Assembly (NCBI GenBank): GCA_963621725.1
Contig: CAVFEY010000003.1
Span: forward strand, 3,327 to 67,326
From: Firmicutes bacterium AF25-13AC
GTDB taxonomy: Bacteria > Actinomycetota > Coriobacteriia > Coriobacteriales > Coriobacteriaceae
Reading direction: 5' to 3'
Length of the DNA stretch: 64,000 nt
Below are positions 8,738 to 16,653 of the stretch, piece by piece. Every line of letters begins with the position of its first letter. Within the stretch, counting starts at the first letter, position 1. The notes below the pieces were generated by a model. That model was given only the letters and a program-made list of their open reading frames with translations. It did no database searches and was not told where the DNA came from. The translations under genes and the position numbers were made by a program.

Positions 8738-8874
8738 GGCCCCGGGAGAGCGGGGACACCGGCTTAGGTTTCCTGCTCTACAGTCCTGCTCACGACGGAG
8801 GCCACATTAAGTGGCCTCCTGTTCGTGCGGAACTCGCGATAAACCTAAGCCGGTGTCCCCGCTCTCCCGGGGCC
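8738..8874 (+). repeat. family-1 structured palindromic element, copy 3 (34-bp perfect arms)
   Basis: Arms GGCCCCGGGAGAGCGGGGACACCGGCTTAGGTTT / exact reverse complement. Core has compensated changes (GGAGGCCAC-ATTAA-GTGGCCTCC). Starts 7 nt after the stop at 8730. Confidence 0.9.
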
Positions 8875-8998
8875 TGTGGTTACCTGGTTGTTGCATGCGG
8901 CTCGCTTTTCGGAACTGGGCTGATATTTTCTTGATGTTAGGCGCTCTTGGTCCTAATGGGCTTGGGGCGCCTGTCTTTTAAAGGTAGATTTTTGGGAG

Positions 8999-9058
8999 GC
9001 CGGCACTTGGAGACGTTCCTTTAGTGCCGGCACTTTAGGAACGTCCCCAAGTGCCGGC
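8999..9058. repeat. 21-bp-arm hairpin with nested AGTGCCGGCACT palindrome
   Basis: GCCGGCACTTGGAGACGTTCC ... GGAACGTCCCCAAGTGCCGGC (one mismatch). The loop TTTAGTGCCGGCACTTTA is itself palindromic. Confidence 0.8.
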
Positions 9059-9192
9059 TGTGGGACGGAGGGATTCCGCGTCCGCCTTTTCGGCGGCCGC
9101 GTTCCGCTGCGTCGCTTCGCTTCTTGCGTGCTGCGCTGGAAAACGCTTCGCGTTTCCTCAGCTCCGCACCCTTGCGGGTTCGAATCCCTCCG
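9056..9192 (-). repeat. tRNA-Gln-derived flanked insert (direct copy of tRNA 3' end + GC-rich interior + inverted T-arm copy)
   Basis: 9056-9076 GGCTGTGGGACGGAGGGATTC matches the tRNA-Gln 3' end (9249-9268) apart from one inserted T. 9174-9192 GCGGGTTCGAATCCCTCCG is the inverted T-arm half. No complete cloverleaf could be built. Confidence 0.7.
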
Positions 9193-9199
9193 CTTGCCC

Positions 9200-9239
9200 A
9201 CAAGAAAGCGCCCTGGGCCGTTATGGGCTCAGGGCGCTC
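9200..9239 (-). terminator. terminator of tRNA-Gln
   Basis: On the minus strand: AGCGCCCTG-loop-CAGGGCGCT followed by TTCTTG. Confidence 0.55.
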
Positions 9240-9247
9240 AGTTTTAA

Positions 9248-9322
9248 TGGCTGGGACGGAGGGATTCGAACCCCCAACAGCCGGCACCAAAAACCGGAGT
9301 TCTACCGTTGAACTACGTCCCA
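9248..9322 (-). tRNA. tRNA-Gln (anticodon TTG)
   Basis: Reverse complement TGGGACGTAGTTCAACGGTAGAACTCCGGTTTTTGGTGCCGGCTGTTGGGGGTTCGAATCCCTCCGTCCCAGCCA. It has a U1-A72 acceptor, anticodon loop TTTTGGT, T-arm GGGGG/TTCGAAT/CCCTC and an encoded CCA. Confidence 0.9.
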
Positions 9323-9360
9323 ATGTGTGGTGTTGCCCAAAAGCAACTCGTTTAGTTTAC

Positions 9361-10266
9361 CTAATCTGCGAGGGCATCGCAAACGCCATCGAGCAGGCGT
9401 ACGGCGAGTGTCTGCGCGTCGCTGGCCGTGAAGGTGCCGTTGTAGCGCGTCATGCCCGTGAGCTCAATGCGAATGCGTGCCGGCTTCTGCTGCGCGGCGA
9501 CATTGGCAGTGCGGATGCGCTGGGCCAGGTTGTGGCACTCGGCGAGGGCAATCGTGGCGCGCGGTGCGGCGTCGGCGGGCAGCTCGTCGCTTGCGATCTC
9601 GAGCACCAGGTCAACGTCGGTTGGGACCTCGGAGTCGCAGAGCATCATGCCGCTGTTGTCGGTCGTTGCCGTGGCGATATTCCACATGCGCGACGCAACA
9701 CTGCGTGCGATGGGGTCCTCGCCGATAACGGCAATCTGGAAGCGCTCGAGCACGTTGGCGGCGCGAGCAAAACCGATGCGGGACTCGGCTTCGGTGACCG
9801 AGGGCTTGCCCTCCCACACATGGTGCAGGCGGTTGATGTAGGCGTAGGTGTCCTGGAAGGCCATGCCGTCGGCAAACAGGCCGACATTTTCCTGGAACTG
9901 CTGCAGGGCGGCCTCGGTATGCGGACCAAAGTAGCCGTCGTCTTCGCCACAGGCAAAGCCCAAAACGTTGAGAGCGCGCTGCAGGGCCTGCACATCGGCG
10001 CCATGGAAATTGGGCATGCGCAGATAGAGGGTGCGGTCGCCCAGCTTATACGAAGCGTCTACAAGGGCGCTCCAACAGGGGATATCGACGGCATGACCGG
10101 CAGCAAGGCCGCTGTCGAGCCTGAAGGTGCTGACGGCCTGCTCAGTGGTGGCTCCAAAGTACTTGTCGGTGACTTCGGCGGCATCAATCGTGTAGCCGAG
10201 CTGCAGGAGACGAGACTGCACGTCCTCGACGGCTGCTCCTTGCATGCCCGTTGTAATAGGTTCCAT
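9361..10266 (-). CDS. peptidoglycan-binding domain protein
   Basis: Two PG_binding_1-like repeats (VEDVQSRLLQLGY...YFGATTEQAVSTFR and VQALQRALNVLGF...YFGPHTEAALQQFQ) followed by an uncharacterised C-terminal half. Confidence 0.65.
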   Translation of the reverse strand: MEPITTGMQGAAVEDVQSRLLQLGYTIDAAEVTDKYFGATTEQAVSTFRLDSGLAAGHAVDIPCWSALVDASYKLGDRTLYLRMPNFHGADVQALQRALNVLGFACGEDDGYFGPHTEAALQQFQENVGLFADGMAFQDTYAYINRLHHVWEGKPSVTEAESRIGFARAANVLERFQIAVIGEDPIARSVASRMWNIATATTDNSGMMLCDSEVPTDVDLVLEIASDELPADAAPRATIALAECHNLAQRIRTANVAAQQKPARIRIELTGMTRYNGTFTASDAQTLAVRLLDGVCDALAD

Positions 10267-10404
10267 GAACGAACCCCTTTCGGCGTACCATTCGTACTAT
10301 TTGAGCGTCTGTCGGATAGACAACGCAAAGGGATGCATAAACATACACTCAACAGTGTAGCAAGTTGTGCCTAAATACGCTGCTGACAGGTTTTATAACC
10401 CCCG

Positions 10405-11430
10405 TTAGTTAAGGCGCTCCACAAAGAAATCTGCCATGGAGAGGAACAACTCGCGTGCGTGCGGATCAAGCTCAACGTTCTCGATGGCCGCTTTGGCCTT
10501 AGCGGTCAGGTCGAGCGCGTAAGTGTGGGCGTAATCGATGGAGCCGGTCTCCTGGAAGATCTCCACGGCGCGTGCGAGCTGCGCGGGATCATCGGTGCCC
10601 GAGGAAAGAATCGCCTCGATCTCGTCGTGGTGGCGCTCATCAGAGAGGGCGTGTACGGCGACAAGCGTGCGCTTGCCCTCGGTGATGTCGGTGCGGAAGT
10701 CCTTGTTGGCGGCTTCCTTAGTGCCGACAAGGTTGAGCAGGTCGTCCTGAATCTGAAAGGCAAGGCCCGTGTGCAGGCCAAAGGCGCGCAGCGCTTCGAT
10801 TTGCTCATCGCTGCCGCCGCCGATAATGGCTCCGGAAGCAAGCGGCGTGGCTCCGCTGTAAAACGCGGTCTTGTGCGTCGCCATGTCCAGGTAGTCATCA
10901 ACCGAGATATCAAAGCGCCCGTCACGGACCCAACCCAGGTCGAGTGCTTGACCCTCAATGGTGCGGACGATCATCTCGGTAAGCTCGTGGAGCACGCGCA
11001 GCTTCACGTCGGACTCCAGCGTGGGGTCGTCGAGAACCGTCTTGGTGACCATGGTGAGCGCCAGGTCGCCACAATTGATGGCAAGGCCCGTGCCCTCGGT
11101 AAGGTGCATGCAGGGTTTGCCTCGACGAAGCTGTCCGTTGTCGGCGATGTCGTCGTGGATCAGCGCGCCCGACTGGAAATGCTCGATAGCTGCCGCGGCG
11201 CTGCGGGCGCTCTCAAAGCTACCGCCCACTGCGGTTGCGGCGAGCATGCAGATAAGCGGGCGGTGGCGCTTGCCGGCGTTGGCCGTAAAAGCCGAGAGCG
11301 GCGCGTACAGGTAGCGCTCGATATCGACAGAGGTCGCCTGTCCGTCAAAGAACGTGGCCAGATAGTCGTTAATCTGGTCAAAGTGCTGGGCTAAAAAGCT
11401 GGTAAACGGACTGGACACGGGTTCTCGCAT
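10405..11430 (-). CDS. polyprenyl diphosphate synthase (trans-IPPS family)
   Basis: First and second Asp-rich motifs LIHDDIADNGQLRRGKP and FQIQDDLLN. The ORF extends to 11469, but the ATG at 11430 is the likelier start. Confidence 0.85.
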   Translation of the reverse strand: MREPVSSPFTSFLAQHFDQINDYLATFFDGQATSVDIERYLYAPLSAFTANAGKRHRPLICMLAATAVGGSFESARSAAAAIEHFQSGALIHDDIADNGQLRRGKPCMHLTEGTGLAINCGDLALTMVTKTVLDDPTLESDVKLRVLHELTEMIVRTIEGQALDLGWVRDGRFDISVDDYLDMATHKTAFYSGATPLASGAIIGGGSDEQIEALRAFGLHTGLAFQIQDDLLNLVGTKEAANKDFRTDITEGKRTLVAVHALSDERHHDEIEAILSSGTDDPAQLARAVEIFQETGSIDYAHTYALDLTAKAKAAIENVELDPHARELFLSMADFFVERLN

Positions 11431-11543
11431 TCTTTCTGAGGTTGCATTGGTGCAATATGCAGACAACATATTGCCACATCAGGGCGTTTGGCGCGGCAGT
11501 TTTGGCGATTTAGGACAACAGGCGTGCGTTTGATGGAGCGCGC

Positions 11544-13994
11544 CTAAATCAGCCTAAAATGCTCGAGCGCCGCAACGACACCGTCATGATCGACGGTGTC
11601 GGTCACGTAATCGGCCTTATCCTTGAGATAGTCCGGTGCGTTGCCCATCGCAATGCCGACATCGACGGCGTTCATCAGTGAGACGTCATTGCTGGCGTCG
11701 CCAATGCCGTATACGGTTCCGTGGTGGGGGTCGAGGGCGTCGAGTACAGACTGGATGCCCCCGCGCTTCGTGCATTCGCGGGGCGAGATTTCGGTTACCT
11801 CGAGTTCGAGCTCATTAAAGCACAGCAGCGGCTCAAGTGCCTTATCTTGAGCGATGTGGTTGGCGAGCGATGTAGACATCAAGATCTTGTAGACACTGTA
11901 ATGTTGCAGCTGCGTGACTGCGTCGCCCAGGGTGCGCGCGTATCCGGGAGCATCGGGCGCATCGGCACTCATGCGCACGACGCCGTTGAGGCCCTCAAAG
12001 CGGATGACCTCGCCCGATTGCTCAAGGTAGGGGGCAAGACGCTGCAGCATACTGGGCGTCATCGACAGATCGCGAATTGCGTGTCCGTTGATCTCGGCGT
12101 AACCGCCCGCAAGACAGACGATGCCGGTCCAGGGCAGCTCAAGAAGTTTGGGGTGGATGCAGCTCAGGGTGCGTCCCGTGCAGATAAAGGCCATGTTGCC
12201 GTTGGCGACAAACTCGCGGATGGCCTGCGAGACCGCCTCGTTGGGGTAGGGGGAGAGGTCCCGCTCGTCTTCGGGAAGGTCTTGGGCGAGCCTGGGGTCT
12301 TGCCAGGCGAGCGTTCCGTCGATATCGAAGAAGCAAATATCGCCGCGCTTATGGGCTGCGCTGGCGGCGGGGGAGGCCGAGGCGGTGGGCACAAATTCCG
12401 GCTCGAGGCCCATGATCTGGTCAAAATGCTCTTTAACGCGGGGAACGGAGATGCCGATGACCACCTGGGCGGTCTTGTCCGTAATGATGAGGCCCTTGGC
12501 GCCCACCGCGACAAACGACGCGTTATCTGCAACGATGGAAGGGTCTGCGACCTCGACGCGCAGGCGCGTGGCGCAGTTGGTTGCGCCCACAATATTGCCA
12601 ACGCCACCTAAAAGCTGAATTACCCGCTCAGCGAGGACGTGATCTTGATCGGATCGACTATTGACCTCGTCATTGGGAGATTGCTCTTTGGCAAAGCCGC
12701 TTTCCGTTAAACGATCGATTGCCGCGCGATTGGCAACATGATCCTCGCGGCCCGGCGTCTTAAGGTCATAGACCAAGATGAGTGCTCGAAAACTAACAAA
12801 AAAGATGAGGCTAAAGGCAAGGCCGATACCGAGCGCCAAAAGATAGGCACCGGCATGCGTGCGCATGAGCGGAATAAAGTTGAAGGCTGCCATCTCAATC
12901 AGGCCGCCCGAGAAGATGCCGACGATGCCAAAGAGATTCATGGTTGTGGCAAGGCAAGACGATAAGACGGCGTAGAGCAAAAAGAGCCCGGGGTGGGTGA
13001 ACATAAAGAGAAACTCGAGTGGCTCGGTAACGCCGCAAACCACCGAGGCGACGATGGCGGGCAAAAGGATGACCTTAAGGTCGGCGCGGCGCTCTGGTTT
13101 TGCGGTGGAGTAGAACGCGGCTGCGATGGCGGGAAGGCCAAAGAGCTTGACCCAGCCGGTGGCGGTAAAACCGGCCCACGGCGCAAGTTCATTAAGGGGG
13201 CGCGTGCTATGGGAGAGGATGGGGAGCAAGCTGCTCCACGTGGCGTAGATGCCGTCGTTAATGACCAGGTTGTCGTAGTAGATCGGCATGTAGAGCAGGT
13301 GGTGCAGCCCCATGGGCTCGAGCGCTCGCTCCAAAAGCACAAAGATGCCCACGCCAAAGGGGCCGACGCTCGTAAGTGCATGGCGCAGCGTTTCGGTCAT
13401 TGCGTATACGGAGGGCACGATGGCGGCCGAGATAGCGGCAAGGGCAAACACGGCAAAAAAGCTGATGAGGTAGACCAGCGAGGAGCCCGAGAAGGTGCCG
13501 AGCCAATCGGGAACCTTGGCATCGTAGAAGCGGTCATGGATGGCGACGACGGTTGCCGATACCGCCAGCGGGCCGATAATGCCGGTGTCGAGCGTCTTGA
13601 TGCCGTCGATGATGGTGATGCCGCTAGCGGAGGTCAAAGACGACGGGTATTTAAGTCCGAGATTGTCTCCGCTCAGCTTAATGATCTCGCTCAAAAAGAA
13701 GCAGTAGGCAAAATAGGCGACGAGAGCCTCGAGGCAGCAACGAGCCGGTTGTTTTTGGGCAAGACCGATGGGCAGCGCTACGGCAAAAAGGAGCGGGAGG
13801 CGTTTAAAGACCGTCCACGAGCCGCGCTGGATGATGGTCCAAAAAGCGTACCAAGGGGTTCCGTATACGGCGAGATCGCCGACGATGTCCGCAGTCGTTG
13901 CGAGAGCGGAGACGCCGACCATGAGGCCTGATATAGAAAACAGCATGGCGGGCGCGAACATTGCCCCGCCAAAGCGTTGGATTTTTTGCAGCAT
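11544..13994 (-). CDS. PTS EIIC-EIIB (glucose/maltose family) fused to a Cof-type HAD-IIB phosphatase
   Basis: N-terminus MLQKIQRFGGAMFAPAMLF plus about 10 TM segments (EIIC). GATNCATRLRV is the EIIB phospho-Cys site. C-terminus: FFDIDGTL ... CTGRT ... GIGDASNDVSLM ... (HAD motifs I-IV). Confidence 0.85.
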   Translation of the reverse strand: MLQKIQRFGGAMFAPAMLFSISGLMVGVSALATTADIVGDLAVYGTPWYAFWTIIQRGSWTVFKRLPLLFAVALPIGLAQKQPARCCLEALVAYFAYCFFLSEIIKLSGDNLGLKYPSSLTSASGITIIDGIKTLDTGIIGPLAVSATVVAIHDRFYDAKVPDWLGTFSGSSLVYLISFFAVFALAAISAAIVPSVYAMTETLRHALTSVGPFGVGIFVLLERALEPMGLHHLLYMPIYYDNLVINDGIYATWSSLLPILSHSTRPLNELAPWAGFTATGWVKLFGLPAIAAAFYSTAKPERRADLKVILLPAIVASVVCGVTEPLEFLFMFTHPGLFLLYAVLSSCLATTMNLFGIVGIFSGGLIEMAAFNFIPLMRTHAGAYLLALGIGLAFSLIFFVSFRALILVYDLKTPGREDHVANRAAIDRLTESGFAKEQSPNDEVNSRSDQDHVLAERVIQLLGGVGNIVGATNCATRLRVEVADPSIVADNASFVAVGAKGLIITDKTAQVVIGISVPRVKEHFDQIMGLEPEFVPTASASPAASAAHKRGDICFFDIDGTLAWQDPRLAQDLPEDERDLSPYPNEAVSQAIREFVANGNMAFICTGRTLSCIHPKLLELPWTGIVCLAGGYAEINGHAIRDLSMTPSMLQRLAPYLEQSGEVIRFEGLNGVVRMSADAPDAPGYARTLGDAVTQLQHYSVYKILMSTSLANHIAQDKALEPLLCFNELELEVTEISPRECTKRGGIQSVLDALDPHHGTVYGIGDASNDVSLMNAVDVGIAMGNAPDYLKDKADYVTDTVDHDGVVAALEHFRLI

Positions 13995-14223
13995 GTTCTG
14001 CCTTCCGAATATCGAGGCGCGTTGCGCGTGGGGAAACGTTTAAACAATGGATTCATTGTAGAGGACCAGACGATTGTCGTACCGGCAGTTTTGAGCGAAA
14101 CCGATTTGGGCATGACAGAAACCGTCAACGGTTAAATCCTGTCGCTTTACCGATATTCGGTTTAAACAACTTTAAGAAATGCTATCGTGCCTAGCCGGAA
14201 ATGAATAATGTAGAGGTGAAACA

Positions 14224-14943
14224 ATGCCAAAAGCGATATACGAAGGAATCTACCGAGAAATACGCTCGCGCATCATTAATGGGACCTATGCGTTTCAGGA
14301 GATGCTGCCAACCGAAGCCGAGCTGACCGCGGAATTTGGCTGCACGCGCAATACCGTCCGTCGCGCCTTGGGTATGCTGGCCGACGGGATGTTTGTGCAG
14401 CCCATACACGGCAAGGGCGTGCGCGTTATTTGGCTTAAGGGCGAAACCGACATGTTGGGCGCACTCGAAGAGGTTGAGTCGTTTGGCGAGTTTGCAAAGC
14501 GCAACAATGCCGTTGCATCTACGGACGTTAAGTCTTTCGAACATCTGGTTTGCACCGAGCAACTCTCTCGTCACCTGGGCTTTAAGGTGGGCGAGGAGTT
14601 GATTCGCGTAGTGCGTGTCCGAAGCCTCAACGGCAACGCGCGCCAAGTGGACCATGGCTATTTTTTGGCGTCGATCGCCAAGGGCCTGACTCCCGAGATC
14701 GCGGCAGATTCTATTTACGGCTATCTGGAGCACAAGCGCGGTGTCAAAGTGATGGCGAGCCGTCGTACGGTGAGTGTCGAGCTCGCCAACGATGAGGACT
14801 GCAGCTATCTTGACCTCGGCAAATACAACTGCGTTGCCGTCATGGAGAGTCAGTCGTACACCTCGGATGGCATCTTGTTTGAGGTGACGCACACTCGCAC
14901 ACACCCCGAGATCTTCCATTACCGCGTCAATTCCAAGCGATAG
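14224..14943 (+). CDS. GntR family (HutC/UTRA subfamily) transcriptional regulator
   Basis: wHTH LPTEAELTAEFGCTRNTVRRALGMLADGMFVQPIHGKGVRV plus a UTRA-like C-terminus. Divergent from the PTS fusion gene. Confidence 0.85.
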   Translation: MPKAIYEGIYREIRSRIINGTYAFQEMLPTEAELTAEFGCTRNTVRRALGMLADGMFVQPIHGKGVRVIWLKGETDMLGALEEVESFGEFAKRNNAVASTDVKSFEHLVCTEQLSRHLGFKVGEELIRVVRVRSLNGNARQVDHGYFLASIAKGLTPEIAADSIYGYLEHKRGVKVMASRRTVSVELANDEDCSYLDLGKYNCVAVMESQSYTSDGILFEVTHTRTHPEIFHYRVNSKR

Positions 14944-14983
14944 CCGGCTAGCTCGCAGCCTGACGAGACTCATGGCCTCAAAG

Positions 14984-15036
14984 AGAAAACGCCCGGTCAA
15001 ACCGACGGTACATCGGCTTGACCGGGCGTTTTCTCT
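14984..15036. terminator. bidirectional hairpin terminator after the GntR gene
   Basis: AAAACGCCCGGTCAA-loop-TTGACCGGGCGTTTT with flanking A/T runs. Confidence 0.7.
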
Positions 15037-15091
15037 GCATTCGATAACAAATAATTGTTTATACAAAACTTGTCAAGTATCAAGTTGAAAT

Positions 15092-15106
15092 TACCGTTCA
15101 CCGAAG
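15092..15106 (+). promoter_or_regulatory. candidate shared cis-motif TACCGTTCACCGAAG upstream of the ABC operon
   Basis: Near-identical 15-17-mers occur upstream of both mannose-type PTS operons (31456, 37801). Confidence 0.3.
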
Positions 15107-15249
15107 TTTTTCTACCGCTCTAGTAATACTTGTTCAAACAACTAGCCAAATAGCGTATCGTTCAAATCAGCAAAAGGGGCAAAGTCCCCGAGCCAATCTC
15201 CGAAGGCGGCGGCAAAGGGTGCCGCCACGGTGTGAAAGGGTGGATTGTA

Positions 15250-16566
15250 ATGAAGAACGAAATGAGCAGAAGGCAGTTCCTGGGCTTTGCTGGTTCCGCG
15301 GCTGCGGTTCTTGGTCTGGGTCTCGTGGGCTGCGGTGGCTCCGTCGGCTCCGGCTCCTCTGCTTCTGGTGACGCTGCCGAGGTCTACTTCCTCCAATTCA
15401 AGCCCGAGGTCGACAAGGAGTGGAAGGAGATCGCCAAGGCGTACAAGAAGGAGAAGGGCGTCGAGGTCAAGATCGTGACCGCCGCCTCCAACACCTACGA
15501 GGAGAAGCTCAAGTCCGAGATGTCCAAGAGCTCCGCTCCGACCCTGTTCCAGGTCAACGGCCCCACCGGTCTTAAGAACTGGAAGGATTACTGCGCCGAC
15601 CTGTCCGATACCAAGCTCCGCGGTGAGCTCATTGATGACTCCCTGGCTCTGCAGTCCGACGGCAAGGATGTGTGCATCGACTGGGTTCAGGAGAGCTTCG
15701 GCATCATCTACAACAAGCAGCTGCTCGAGAAGGCTGGCTACAAGGCCGAGGACATCAACTCCTTCGACAAGCTGAAGGCTTGTGCCGACGACATCCAGGC
15801 CCGCAAGGACGAGCTTGGTGTCGAGGGTGCCTTCACTTCCGCCGGCATGGACGACTCCTCCAGCTGGCGCTACACCACCCACCTTGCCAACATGCCGCTC
15901 TACTACGAGTTTGAGAAGGAGCACAACCAGGAGGACGACGAGATCAAGGGTGAGTTCCTCGACAACTACAAGCAGATCTTCGACCTGTACATCACCGACT
16001 CCACCTGCGATCCTTCGCAGCTTGCTTCCAAGACCGGCGACGACGCCACCAACGAGTTCGCAACCGGCAAGGCCGTCTTCTACCAGAACGGCTCTTGGGC
16101 CTACTCTGACCTCGTCAAGGCCGGCATGACCGACGATCAGATTGGCATGATGCCGATCTACATCGGTGTTGACGGCGAGGAGAACCAGGGCCTGTGCTCC
16201 GGCGGCGAGAACTACTGGTGCGTCAGTTCCCAGGCTTCCGAGGATGCCCAGAAGGCCACCGAGGACTTCATGTATTGGTGCGTCACCGCTGACACCCCGA
16301 CCAGCATCATCGCCGACAAGATGGGTCTGACCGCTCCGTTCAAGAGTGCCAAGGAGACCACCAACGTCTTCTCGCAGCAGGCCGTTGCCATGGCCAAGGA
16401 CGGCAAGAAGACCGTCGCTTGGGACTTCGTCTACATTCCCTCCGAGGAGTGGAAGAAGAACCTCAAGCAGGCTCTGATTGCCTACGCTGCCGATAACAGC
16501 AAGTGGGACGGCGTCAAGAACGCCTTCGTCGATGGCTGGAAGACCGAGAAGGCCGCTTCCGAGTAA
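15250..16566 (+). CDS. ABC transporter sugar-binding lipoprotein (family 1 SBP)
   Basis: Signal MSRRQFLGFAGSAAAVLGLGLVGCGGS with a lipobox. The body has a carbohydrate-SBP pattern. RBS AAAGGGTGG lies before the ATG at 15250. Confidence 0.85.
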   Translation: MKNEMSRRQFLGFAGSAAAVLGLGLVGCGGSVGSGSSASGDAAEVYFLQFKPEVDKEWKEIAKAYKKEKGVEVKIVTAASNTYEEKLKSEMSKSSAPTLFQVNGPTGLKNWKDYCADLSDTKLRGELIDDSLALQSDGKDVCIDWVQESFGIIYNKQLLEKAGYKAEDINSFDKLKACADDIQARKDELGVEGAFTSAGMDDSSSWRYTTHLANMPLYYEFEKEHNQEDDEIKGEFLDNYKQIFDLYITDSTCDPSQLASKTGDDATNEFATGKAVFYQNGSWAYSDLVKAGMTDDQIGMMPIYIGVDGEENQGLCSGGENYWCVSSQASEDAQKATEDFMYWCVTADTPTSIIADKMGLTAPFKSAKETTNVFSQQAVAMAKDGKKTVAWDFVYIPSEEWKKNLKQALIAYAADNSKWDGVKNAFVDGWKTEKAASE

Positions 16567-16597
16567 GCAGTTGCTGCCCAAGCTATCTGATTAGCGA

Positions 16598-16633
16598 CAG
16601 GGGGCGGGCAGACGTTGGTTTGCCCGCCCCCTG
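16598..16633 (+). other. intercistronic stable hairpin between the SBP and permease genes
   Basis: CAGGGGGCGGGCA-GACGTTGGTT-TGCCCGCCCCCTG with no T-run. This is typical of an mRNA-stabilising or partial-termination hairpin after SBP genes. Confidence 0.5.
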
Positions 16634-16653
16634 CATATTGAAAGGACCCTTTT

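Noticed and set aside
9174-9205. Plus-strand tRNA-like 3' end (GCGGGTTCGAATCCCTCCGCTTGCCCA), and the equivalent at 59685-59706
   Set aside because: There is no complementary 5' acceptor strand, no 7-nt anticodon loop arm, a C-U/C-A mismatch in the T-stem and no proper CCA register. It is treated as a T-arm-derived repeat arm, not a tRNA gene.
8940-9330. Integrated prophage or island at tRNA-Gln
   Set aside because: The direct repeat of the tRNA 3' end lies only ~170 bp from the tRNA and encloses no genes. At most it is a scar or a miniature element (reported as such).
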